The notes under the pieces are model-generated. The model was not told the origin of the DNA. It saw only the letters and a list, made by a program, of their open reading frames with translations, and ran no database searches. Below, in pieces: positions 12,320 to 23,488 of a DNA stretch of 64,000 nt (position 1 is its first letter; each line of letters begins with the position of its first letter). The DNA is from an uncultured Planctomycetota bacterium (GTDB taxonomy: Bacteria; Planctomycetota; Planctomycetia; Isosphaerales; Isosphaeraceae): the NCBI GenBank assembly GCA_963823665.1, contig CAWGMQ010000005.1:1376001-1440000 (forward strand). The letters run 5' to 3'. Position numbers and translations under genes: made by a program.

Positions 12320-15149
12320 GCTTTGCCGTCGGCTCGCTGGTCAAAGCACGCGACCGCGAATGGGTCGTACTCCCCGAATCGACCGACGACCTGCTCGTGC
12401 TTCGCCCGCTGGGCGGCACCGAGGACGAGACAACCGGGATCTACCTGCCGCTCGAGCGCGTCGAGCCCGCCCGATTCAACCTGCCTGATCCCACCAGCGT
12501 CGGCGACTTCGCTTCCTGCCGGCTGCTGCGCGACGCCGTCCGGCTGGGCTTCCGCTCGAGCGCCGGGCCGTTTCGCTCGTTCGCCCAGATCGCCGTCGAG
12601 CCCCGCCCTTACCAGTTGGTGCCTCTCCTGATGGCGCTCAAGCTCGACCCGGTGCGCCTCCTGATCGCCGACGACGTTGGTATCGGCAAGACCGTCGAGG
12701 CATGCCTCATCGCCCGCGAGCTGCTCGACCGCGGCGAAGCCCGAAACCTCGCTGTCCTCTGCCCGCCTCACCTCGCCGAGCAATGGCAGGGCGAGCTGCG
12801 CACCAAGTTCAACATCCCCGCCGAGCTGCTCCTGGCCAGCACCGTCACACGGCTCGAGCGCGACCTGCGCCTGGGCGAATCACTCTTTGACCACTACCCG
12901 CACCTCATCGTTTCAACCGACCTGATCAAGTCAGACCGAAGACGCAGCGATTTCCTCCGCGGATGCCCCGAGCTTGTGATCGTCGACGAAGCACACACCT
13001 GCGCATCACAGGGCGCCGGCTCATCCGGCCGGCACCTGAGGAACCAGCTCCTCCAGGGGCTCGCGCGCGACGGTGATCGCCACTTGATCCTCGTCACCGC
13101 CACGCCGCACAGCGGCAAGGAAGAGGCGTTCCGCTCGCTCCTGGCCCTGCTCAAGCCCGAGTTTGCCGCCTTGCCGGACGACCTGAGCGGTAAGGATGGA
13201 GAGCACGAGCGCCGCGTGCTGGCGCAGCATTTCATCCAGCGCCGGCGCGGCGACATCCGCCGCTATCTCGACGCCGACACACCATTTCCCGATCGTGCCG
13301 AATCCGAATCGACTTACAAGCTCTCCCCCGAATTTAAACGTCTGTTCGACCGCGTTCTCACCCTGCGCGCGAGTCCGTGCAGGACGAACAAGGCGGCCTG
13401 CGCGTCCGCCAGCGCGTGCGCTGGTGGTCGGCTCTGGCCCTGCTTCGTTCGATGGCCTCGAGCCCTGCCGCCGCAACCGCGGCCCTGCGCAGCCGGGCCG
13501 CCGTCGCGAGCGCCGAAACCGCGGAGGACGTCGACGAGATCGGCCGCCGCACCGTCTTCGACCTGGAAGAAGACGAGGGCACCGAGACGCTCGACGTCGC
13601 CCCCGGCGCAGACCCCACCGAACCGGATGCCGCCGGCGGCGACGAATCGCTCCACCGCCGCCTGCTCGATCTGGCTCGCGACGCCGATGCCCTCCGCGGC
13701 GACGGCGACGAGAAACTCCTGAAAGCCGTGAAGCTGGTCAAGGAGCTGCTGCGAGACGGCTTTCGTCCCATCGTCTTCTGCCGGTTCATCGCCACGGCTG
13801 ACTATGTGGCGGCCGAGCTTCGCAGCCGCTTACCCCGGGGCGTCGAAGTGATCTCGGTCACAAGCGAGCTTCCACCCGTCGATCGCGAACATCGCGTCGT
13901 CGAGCTCGCCGCGGCGCCGAAGCGAGTTCTGGTCTGCACCGACTGTTTGAGCGAAGGCATCAACCTGCAAGAGCACTTCGACGCCGTGATCCACTACGAC
14001 CTGGCGTGGAACCCCACCCGCCACGAGCAGCGTGAGGGCCGAGTCGACCGCTTTGCCCAGCCCAGCAAGATTGTGCGCGTCGTCACTTACTACGGTCTCG
14101 ACAACCAGATCGACGGCCTGGTGCTCGACGTCCTGATCCGCAGGCACAAGGCGATTCGTAGCTCTCTGGGTGTGTCCGTCCCGGTGCCAGCCAATACAAA
14201 CCAGGTGATCGAGGCGGTCATCGAGGGCCTGCTCCTGCGCGGCAAGAGAGTTTCAACTGAGCACCAGGGCCTGCTGCCGTTGGGCGACCTCGAGGCTCAA
14301 ACGGAGGCCCTTTCCACCGAATGGCAGGCGGCCGCCGATCGCGAAAAGCGGTCGCGCACCATGTTCGCGCAAGAGACGATCAAGCCCGATGAAGTCTTGC
14401 CCGAGCTACGCGCCGTCCAGGCGGCGATCGGCTCCAGCGTGGACGTCGCCCGGTTCATGCGCGACGCCATCCGGGTTAACCGCGGGGTCGTTTCCGAGGG
14501 CGACAATGGAACAACCCGCATGGACCTTGCCGAAGCGCCCGCGCTCTCCGCGAGCGGATTGATGCGCCGGGAAACATCCTGACCGCCCGATTCGAGCTGC
14601 CGGTCAAAGACGGAGTCGCCTACTTGAACCGCACCCACCCGGCGGTCGAGGCGGTCGCGGCTTACGTGATGGATAGCGCGCTCGACTCGCTCTCCGAAAG
14701 CGCCTCGCGCCGCGCCGGGGTTGCACGCACCAGCCAGGTGTCGCGCCGGACGACCCTTCTGCTGGTGCGCTTCCGCTATCACATCGTCACGCGACAAGAG
14801 GAGAACGAGACCGCCCTGCTCGCCGAGGATTGCCAGATCATCGCCTTCGCCGGCTCGCCGCAGAACGCCCAGTGGCTCGAAGACGAGCAATGTGCCGCCG
14901 CTCCTGGACGCGAGGCCGGAAGGCAACGTATCGCCGGAGCAGGCGTCTGACTTCATTCGCAAGGTCGTCGAGGGCTTTGACGCCGTCGCGCCGCACCTGA
15001 ACGACGTGGCAATCCGCCGCGGCAATGAATTACTCGACTCACACCGCCGCGTTCGCCAGGCTTCGCGCCGAAAAGGAATCAGCCAAAGAGTGGAGCCCAA
15101 GCTCCCACCCGACGTGCTTGGAATCTTCGTGTTCTTACCAAAACTCTAA
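12316..15149 (+). CDS. SNF2-family helicase (DrmD-like); about 3 frameshifts
   Basis: ATGA overlap with the upstream gene; [46 protein letters not shown]; ends [13 protein letters not shown]. Confidence 0.9.
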
Positions 15150-15170
15150 GAGAACGCCCATGGCGAGCCC

Positions 15171-16983
15171 AAGCCCCGCAAGCGGCGACATCATACAGCC
15201 CGCCGTGCAAACGCCGGGACGCGGTCAACCCATGCCATCCCAGCCCCGATAGGGGCGAAATCATACAGCCCGGCGTGTCAACGCCGGGAGGAGACCACCG
15301 CCGCACAAAAAACCCAAGCCCCGCAAGGGGCGACAACATACAGCCCGGCGTGTCAACGCCGGGAAGAGACCACCGCCGCACAAAAAACCCAAGCCCCGCA
15401 AGGGGCGAAATCACACAGCCCGACGTGTCAACGCCGGGAGGAGACCACCGCCACACAAAAAACCCAATCCCCGCAAGGGGCGACATCATATAGCCCGGCG
15501 TGTCAGCGCCGGGAGGAGACCACCGCCACACAAAAAACCCAAGCCCCGCAAGGGGGCGACATCATACAGCCCGGCGTGTCAACGCCGGGAAGAGACCACC
15601 AACACACAAAAAACCCGAGCCCCGAAAGGGGCGAAATCATACAGCCCGGCGTGTCAACGCCGGGAGGAGACCACCGCCGCAGAAAAAGACCCAAGCCCCG
15701 CAAGGGGCGAAATCATACAGCCCGGCGTGTCAACGCCGGGAGGAGACCACCGCCACAAAAAAAAACCAAGCCCCGCAAGGGGCGAAATCATACAGCCCGG
15801 CGTGTCAACGCCGGGAGGAGACCACCAACACACAAAAAACCCGAGCCCCGAAAGGGGCGAAATCATACAGCCCGGCGTGTCAACGCCGGGAGGAGACCAC
15901 CAACACACAAAAAACCCAAGCCCCGCAAGGGGCGAAATCATACAGCCCGGCGTGTCAACGCCGGGAGGAGACCACCGCCACAAAAAAAACCAAGCCCCGC
16001 AAGGGGCGAAATCATACAGCCCGGCGTGTCAACGCCGGGAGGAGACCACCAACACACAAAAAACCCGAGCCCCGAAAGGGGCGACATCATACAGCCCGGC
16101 GTGTCAACGCCGGGAGGAGACCACCGCCACACAAAAAACCCAAGCCCCGCAAGGGGCGAAATCATACAGCCCGGCGTGTCAACGCCGGGAGGAGACCACC
16201 GCCGCACAAAAAACCCAAGCCCCGCAAGGGGCGAAATCATGTAGCCCGGCGTGTCAACGCCGGGAGGAGACCACCGCCACAAAAAAAACCAAGCCCCGCA
16301 AGGGGCGAAATCATACAGCCCGGCGTGTCAACGCCGGGAGGAGACCACCAACACACAAAAAACCCGAGCCCCGAAAGGGGCGACATCATACAGCCCGACG
16401 TGCAAACGCCGGGGAAAACCGCGACCACCCCAAACAACCCGAGCCCCGCAAGGGGCGACATCATAAAGCCCGGCGTGTCAACGCCGGGAAAAACCGCGAC
16501 TCCCCCAATCAACCCGAGCCCCGCAAGGGGCGACATCATACAGCCCGGCGTGTCAACGCCGGGAAAAGATCGACCAACCCAATCCACCCGAGCCCCGCAA
16601 GGGGCGACATCATAAAGCCCGGCGTGTCAACGCCGGGGAAAACCGCGACTGCCCCAATCAACCCAAGCCCCGCAAGGGGCGACATCATACAGCCCGGCGT
16701 GTCAACGCCGGGAGGAGACCACCAACACACACAAAACCTGAGCCCCGAAAGGGGCGACATCATACAGCCCGACGTGCAAACGCCGGGGAAGACCGCGACC
16801 ACCCCAAACAACCCGAGCCCCGTAAGGGGCGACATCATAAAGCCTGGCGTGTCAACGCCGGGGAAAACCGCGACTGCCCCAATCAACCCGAGCCCTGCAA
16901 GGGGCGACATCATAAAGCCCGGCGTGTCAACGCCGGGAAAAGATCGACCAACCCAATCCACCCGAGCCCCGCAAGGGGCGACA
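15171..16983 (+). repeat. 75-bp tandem array: 24 units plus a terminal hairpin; two conserved hairpins (about 48 bp) and a variable A/C-rich spacer (about 27 bp) per unit; REP/BIME-like
   Basis: 25 copies of AGCCCC-GNNA-GGGGCGA counted at about 75-bp spacing; 24 are followed by a CCCGGCGT-GTCA-ACGCCGGG type hairpin. Confidence 0.95.
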
Positions 16984-17025
16984 CCTCCAACCCCGGCTTT
17001 CCAACCCCCACGGAACTCCCCCCCG

Positions 17026-17478
17026 ATGGCTTCCACCCTGACCAACCTGCTCTACCACATCGTCTTCAGCACCAAAGACCGCGAACCCCTCATCCGCCCC
17101 GCCTTCCGCGACAATCTCGAAAAATACATCGCCGGCATCATCCGCAACGAGGGCGGCATCCTCCTCGGCATCGGCGGCATGCCCGACCACACGCACTTGA
17201 TCACCAAATTCAAACCCGACCGATCGATCTCCGACATGGTACGCCTCATCAAGGCCAACTCGTCCAAATGGGTCAACGAAAACCACGGCGACCCCGGCCG
17301 ATTCGCCTGGCAATCAGGCTATGGAGCTTTCTCCGTGAGCCAATCACAATTGGAGGCACTCAAAGCCTACGTCTCAAACCAGGAGTCTCACCACCGCACA
17401 CGATCATTCCAGGACGAATTCCGCGATTTCCTGACCAAACACGAGATCACATTCGATGAACAATACGTTTGGGGTTAG
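17026..17478 (+). CDS. tnpA: IS200/IS605-family Y1 HUH transposase (RAYT-like context), no tnpB
   Basis: LYHIVFSTKDREP, HUH motif DHTH, KANSSKW, WQSGYGAFSVS, catalytic YVSNQESHH; 150 aa, intact. Confidence 0.93.
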   Translation: MASTLTNLLYHIVFSTKDREPLIRPAFRDNLEKYIAGIIRNEGGILLGIGGMPDHTHLITKFKPDRSISDMVRLIKANSSKWVNENHGDPGRFAWQSGYGAFSVSQSQLEALKAYVSNQESHHRTRSFQDEFRDFLTKHEITFDEQYVWG

Positions 17479-17534
17479 CCGGGAGAAAGGAACCTGATCG
17501 AACACATGGGGCGATCCGCGTCCCCGCCCATACG

Positions 17535-17648
17535 ATGTCGCCCCGTCGGGGCTCCGCTCCTGTCATTCGATTTCTGTACCCCCCGGCGCTCACGCCTCGA
17601 ACTCGGGGCTCACGCCCAGAGCTAGATGATCCTGCCCCGATAGGGCTC
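17535..17648 (-). repeat. Inverted, diverged copy (about 1.5 units) of the array hairpins downstream of tnpA
   Basis: Reverse complement reads agccctatcggggcaggatcatctagc...gcgtgagcgccgggg...agccccgacggggcgacatc. Confidence 0.8.
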
Positions 17649-17677
17649 CTTTTCACGTAGGCCCTGAGACCACCCGC

Positions 17678-20600
17678 ATGCAATCCCGCCGGCGCGACCT
17701 CTTCACAACCGTGCGATCCGAGGGCGCGATCCTCCCGGCCGACCTGCTCGCGCGCGTGGTCGCGAGGGATTCGGGCCTCGACGGATTGACGCCCGCCGCC
17801 TATCACCTCGTCGAGGGTGAGAAGCTGAACGAAGCAATCAATCGCTCCTGGAATCGCCTCGTTGGCGTCTGGGCGAGTTTTCGATCCGTGGTCGCCAAGG
17901 CCCCGCCGGGCGATCCCGCCACAGCCGCCACGCGCGAGAAATGGCTGCTGCCGCTATTCCAGGAGCTTGGTTATGGGCGATTGGTCCCCGCCAAGCCGGT
18001 TGAGATCGACGGCAAGAGCTACACGATTTCGCACACCTGGCAGCACGCGCTGATCCATCTCGTCGGGTTCAACGTCGAGCTCGGCCGCCGCCTCGCTGGT
18101 GCCCCAGGAGCAAATCGTACGAGCCCGCACAGCCTGGTCCAGGAGCTGCTCAACGACTCTGACGACCATCTCTGGGGCTTTGTCTCCAACGGCCGCGCCC
18201 TGCGCATCCTCCGCGATAACGCAAGTCTCACGCGCCAGGCCTTTGTTGAATTCGACCTCGAGGCGATGATGTCAGGCGAGGTCTTCGCCGATTTCGCGTT
18301 GCTCTGGCTGCTCTGCCATCAGTCGCGTGTCGAGGCCGAGCGTCCGGCTGACTGCCAGCTCGAGCGGTGGTCCAAAACCGCTCAGGATCAGGGCACTCGC
18401 GCCCTTGACGACCTGCGCGACGGTGTGGCAACGGCGATCGCCGTGCTGGGGCGGGGTTTTCTCTCCCACGTTCGCAATGCTGACCTTCGCGACAAGCTGC
18501 GCTCCGGCGTGTTACCTGCCCAGAACTATTACCGCCAGCTCCTGCGCCTCGTTTACCGCCTGCTCTTCCTCTTCGTGGCAGAAGACCGCGAGCTACTTCT
18601 CGATCCCACCGCCGACCCCGCCGCCCGCGAGCGTTTTGAAAAATACTACGCCACGGATCGCCTTCGGCGGCTTGCTGAGCGCCGGCGCAGCTCGCAGCAT
18701 GTTGATCTCTATCGCGTGTTGTCTCTCGTCATGGAGAAGCTGGGCAACGATGCAGGCTGCCCGGCCCTGGCCCTGCCCGCGCTCGGCAGCTTCCTGTGGT
18801 CGCCTGAAGCGATCGTCGACCTCGCCGGCTGCGACCTGACGAATGCAGACTTGCTCGAGGCCATTCGAGCGTTAGCCTTCACGATCGACGGCAAGACGCG
18901 GCGCGCCGTCGACTACAAGAACCTTGGCTCCGAGGAGCTAGGCAGTGTCTATGAATCCTTGCTGGAGTTGCACCCCGAGCTGAACACGACGGCCGGCACC
19001 TTCGAGCTGCGCACGGCGGCGGGCAACCAGCGGAAGACCACCGGCAGCTATTACACCCCCGCGAGTCTCGTTGCCTGCCTTCTCGATTCCGCCCTCGACC
19101 CGGTGCTCGCCGAGGCAGCGAATCAGCCGAATGCCGAAGCATCGATCCTGAAGCTGAAGGTTTGCGATCCAGCCTGCGGCAGCGGCCACTTCCTGATCGC
19201 CGCGGCGCACCGGATCGCCAAGAAGCTCGCCGCGGTGCGCACCGGCGATGAAGAGCCCGCGCCCGAAGACGTGCGCAAAGCCCTCCGCGACGTCATCGGC
19301 CAGAGTATCTACGGCGTGGACATCAACCCCGACGCGGTTGAGCTTTGCAAAGTCGCCCTCTGGATGGAAGCCCTGGTCCCCGGCAAGCCCCTGTCGTTCC
19401 TGGACCACCACATTCAATGCGGCAACAGTCTATTGGGCGCAACCCCGCGCTCCTGAAGCGCGGCATCCCCGACAGTGCTTTCGAGCCAATCGAGGGCGAC
19501 GACAAATCCGCCTGCCGTGACTATCGAAAGCAGAATAAAGACGAGCGCACCGGCGGCCTGATGATGTTCGACCTGTTTGCGAAATCCGAGATCATCCGCC
19601 TTTCAAACGTCCGCCCCGCCCTCGCGCGAATCGAAGCGCTCGGTGACGACTCGATCGAGAGCATCCACGCCAAGGAACAGGCATACCGTGAGCTCAAGGA
19701 GTCAACCGCCTACGAGTTTGCCCGCCAGCTCGCAGACGCCTGGTGCGCCGCTTTCGTGATTCCGAAGGTCATCGTGCCGCCGTTGCAGCCAAGAATCACC
19801 CTCACCGAATCAACCTTTCGCAAGCTGGAAAATAATCCAAACGTCGTGCCCCGTGAGGTGAAGGAGGAAATCGCCAGGCTGGCCGCTCGCTACGGCTTCT
19901 TTCACTGGCACCTTGCATTCCTGAGTGTGTTTCAGGCCAAGCCGGGCTCGGAAATCGGCGAGGAAGAAGTCGCTCGGTTGGGATGGCGGGTTTGACGTCG
20001 TGCTCGGCAACCCGCCGTGGGAGCGCATCAAGATCCAGGAGCAGGAGTGGTTCGCGCAGCGCCGGCCGGATATTGCCAAAGCGGCCAATGCCGCCGCCCG
20101 CCGAAAGATGATTGCGCAGCTCGCAGACGAGGACGCAGCGCTCTACCGGGCTTTCCAGGACGATCGTCGCGTGGCGGAGGGCGAGAGCCACATCGCCCGC
20201 AATTCCGGCCGATTCCCGCTCTGTGGACATGGCGACGTAAACACGTACACGCTATTCGCCGAGCTGAACCGGCAGCTAATTGGCGGGAGCGCGCGGCTTG
20301 GGTGCATCGTGCCTTCCGGTATCGCCAGCGACGACACAACAAAGCTTTTCTTCCAGGACCTCATCACAACGCGATCCCTCGTCAGCCTGTACAGCTTCGA
20401 GAACGAGGAGTTTCTGTTCCCCGGCGTCCATCACTCCACGAAATTCTGCCTCCTGACGCTGTCGGGTCCCGAGCGACCACAGTCCGAATCAGACTTCGTT
20501 TACTTCGCACGTCGCACCGAACACCTACGCGAGCCCGATCGCCACTTCTCCCTCACCGTCGACGAAATCCGCCTCATGAACCCCAATACCGGCACCTGCC

Positions 20601-21709
20601 CGATCTTCCGGTCGAAGCGCGACGCCGAGATCAACAAAGCGATCTACCGCAGCATGCCCGTTCTGTTCCGCGAGGAAGACCCCGCGGGAAACCCATGGGG
20701 GATCAGCTTCCTGCGAATGCTCGACATGGCCAACGACTCCGGACTCTTCCGCACGCAGGAGCAATTGAAAACGGAGGGCTGGACGCTGAAAGGCAACGTC
20801 TTCCACCGCGGCGATGAGACCTACCTCCCGCTCTACGAAGCAAAAATGGTCCACCACTTCGATCATCGCTTCGGAACATACGAAAGCCAGACCGAATCCC
20901 AGGCCAACCAGGGCAAGCTCCCCGAACTAGACGAGGCCCAGCACGCCGACCCCGACCGCGTCAGCCTACCGTGGTACTGGGTACCGGTTGAAAAAGCAAA
21001 TGATCGATTGCAGGAGAAGTGGGACCGAGACTGGCTTCTGGGCTGGAGAGACGTGTGCCGGAACACGGACACTCGAACGCTGATTGCTAGCTTTATCCCG
21101 AAGGCGGGAGTCGGTGACAAGTTCCTCCTGATGTTTCCGAACGCCGCCAAACCCCGTGAAGCGTCCTGCCTCCTCGCAAACCTCAACTCCTTAGTTCTGG
21201 ACTACTGCGCTCGGCAAAAGATCGGCGGGACCGCGCTTAAGTACTTCATCATACGCCAGCTCCCGGTGCTTCCGCCGTCGATGTACCGGAGCGAGGCGCA
21301 CGAATCATTCGCACCGAACTTGGCAGAATGGTTTGCCCGCCGCGCGCTCGAACTGACCTACACCGCCTGGGACCTCGCCCCCTTCGCCACCGACTCCGGC
21401 CACGACGGCCCGCCGTTCCGCTGGGACAACGCCCGCCGCTTTCTGCTCCGTTGCGAGCTTGACGCCGCCTTCTTCCACCTCTACGGCATCAACCGCGACG
21501 ACGCGGCCTACATCCTCGACACGTTCCCCGTCGTCCGGAAGAAGGACGAGACCGCGCACGGCGAATACCGAACAAAGCGGGTCATACTCGAAATCTACGA
21601 CAAACTAGCCGAAGCATCGCGCACCGGCGTCCCCTACCAGACACTCCTCGACCCACCCCCCGCCGACTTCCGCGTAGCACATTCGCCGCGCGGGCCTGGG
21701 TCACCATAA
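17678..21709 (+). CDS. Eco57I/type IIG-like N6-adenine DNA methyltransferase (DrmMI-like); 2 frameshifts
   Basis: [21 protein letters not shown], motif [16 protein letters not shown], motif [29 protein letters not shown]. Confidence 0.92.
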
Positions 21710-21969
21710 TCGAAGCGAAGCACACTCCCCGCCTGTTTGCGTGGGTGCCTGTTCTCGCTGCACGATCCTGACGCCAACCTCGCCGTCGTTCGGCCGAAAA
21801 AACCGTATCCCTTCAATTCCCTCAGGTCCTGACTGGAACGGGCGCGATCGTGTTCGGAGGTTCGATGTGCGCTCGCGATTTGGTCTTTAGGTTAGCGCCC
21901 TAATCTGACTCCTTCAACAAAAGGTGTGGGGAACAGCCAGACCCGCGCGGCCGGGTTCGAGCTCTCGGC

Positions 21970-22638
21970 TCAGGCTGCGATCAATTCGCCGCTGATGTCC
22001 GTCTCGAAAACCGGTAGATCCAGGTCTCGCCCGACCTCGATCGCAGCCCTGACGGCCTGCTCGTGAGTACGGTCCGCGGACCGCAAGTCGCTCGGGTACG
22101 AAACGATCGTGATGCGGTCCCAATGGCCACCGCTGGCGTCGACTTCGTCCAGCGTAACGACGAACGTGATGTGCTCGCCGTCTTGGTGCTCGTCGGCCCA
22201 CAAGGCAACGTGGTGCGTCGTGGGCTCCGGGGCAATCTTGCGGTCGGCCCGCAGGCCGGCGATCAAGGTATCAGTGCGGGCAATCAGAGCGTCCGCGTGC
22301 GCGATCCCGGCGGCGCGGAGGATTGCTGTCACTCGCCTGTCATCGACTGATTCACCAACAACAGCGTTAGAGCTCGGTCGCGAATCCCGCAAAGCGGTCC
22401 ATAATCGCACCTTCGGAGCGAGTTCGCCGATCATCCGATCCACGGTCAAATCGTCCGCGTGCGCGATCCGGGCGGCGCGGAGAACCCCTGTCGCCCGGCC
22501 GTTATCGGCCGATTCACCAGCAACAACCGCAGCCTTCGGTCCGGAATCCCGCGGGGCGGTCCATAATCGCACCTTCGGGGCGAGTTCGCCGATCTTGCGA
22601 ACCAAGGACGGGTCTGACGGATTATTAAGCACTCGCAA
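21970..22638 (-). CDS. Hypothetical protein with a 54-aa internal tandem duplication; overlaps the ECF sigma stop
   Basis: IGELAPKVRLWTA...LRAA.IAHAD occurs twice; 162-bp DNA period (22291 vs 22453). Confidence 0.55.
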   Translation of the reverse strand: MRVLNNPSDPSLVRKIGELAPKVRLWTAPRDSGPKAAVVAGESADNGRATGVLRAARIAHADDLTVDRMIGELAPKVRLWTALRDSRPSSNAVVGESVDDRRVTAILRAAGIAHADALIARTDTLIAGLRADRKIAPEPTTHHVALWADEHQDGEHITFVVTLDEVDASGGHWDRITIVSYPSDLRSADRTHEQAVRAAIEVGRDLDLPVFETDISGELIAA

Positions 22639-23236
22639 TGTCCTTCTCAGGCACGCCTTGAGGGATGTGCATCCGGACGCCGTGACCGGAAAGTCCCATG
22701 CTTGCCGCGATTCTGCCTCGGAGCCTAGAAAATCGAACCCGATTCTGGCTTTTCGTTTTGTCGATCATGTCGCCTTCGACGTAGTCAAGCGCGAACTCGC
22801 GATCTGATGTTGAGAGAGACGCAAGTATTTCGAACAATTTCTTCTTCGCCGGACACGCAGGCATATCGCAATCGTCGTCTCGCGAAATGACCCGAAACGG
22901 CAAACGATCAAGAATCCCGTCGGACTCCCCGCGCAACAGTTTCTTTTTCAGAATGTCTAAGATTTTTCGTTTCGCGATAATGAAGAGCCAATTGTCGAAC
23001 GTGCCTCTCTTACAATCAAATCTATCTGATTGACTTAATACAGTACGGAACGCCTCTTGTATCCCGTCGTCAATGTCGTGCGCCGTTATAGATTGGCGTG
23101 CGCTCCAAAACTGCGACGTGAGCCGCTGAACCAGCACCTTAGTGAGCCTGGCCCAAGCGACTCCGTCCTCAGGCGCAGGCACCTGAGAGAACTCCGCTGG
23201 AGCCACCGCATCGGGCTGACAATCCTTCTCACCCAT
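22625..23236 (-). CDS. ECF-type sigma-70 factor
   Basis: Region 2 pattern DIDDGIQEAF...RFDCKRGTFDNWLFIIAKRKILD. Confidence 0.75.
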   Translation of the reverse strand: MGEKDCQPDAVAPAEFSQVPAPEDGVAWARLTKVLVQRLTSQFWSARQSITAHDIDDGIQEAFRTVLSQSDRFDCKRGTFDNWLFIIAKRKILDILKKKLLRGESDGILDRLPFRVISRDDDCDMPACPAKKKLFEILASLSTSDREFALDYVEGDMIDKTKSQNRVRFSRLRGRIAASMGLSGHGVRMHIPQGVPEKDIASA

Positions 23237-23488
23237 CGCAGCCCCGCCATCAAGGAGCCTTATCCCCGTTTGATTACACTACAAATTCACGTTACAAGTC
23301 GGCTCAGAAAATTAGAGAGCACGCCACAACCAGCGAAAGCAACGTTGGTCGATGCCGTGGTAACGGGCGAAAGTAGTACTCACGTTACCTGACAAGGCCG
23401 TGTCCGCCTACTAGGTCCGACTATCCGCCTAGGCTCGCGAGGACCCTGCTTCGAAGGTGCACTTGGCAGCCGCCGACCCCCGCCCTCG

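Noticed and set aside
64..14147. Many antisense and alternative-frame ORFs (for example 64-675, 8170-9174, 10703-11989)
   Set aside because: Shadow ORFs of high-GC genes with no recognisable motifs
15171..16983. CRISPR array
   Set aside because: No cas genes in the window, spacers are repeated and related to each other, and the core has two hairpins and an inverted copy beyond tnpA, which fits REP or IS ends better
15275..17025. Long repetitive ORFs, including a 583-aa fusion to TnpA
   Set aside because: A 75-bp period (25 codons) keeps frames open on both strands; transposase similarity starts at ATG 17026
17479..17677. tnpB/IscB with omega RNA
   Set aside because: No RuvC-containing ORF next to tnpA; the MTase starts 200 bp downstream
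7134..21709. Calling the defence genes, dnaE2, imuB and the giant gene pseudogenes or programmed frameshifts
   Set aside because: Indels are scattered through nearly all long genes while catalytic motifs are intact, which is typical of long-read error; cannot be settled without reads
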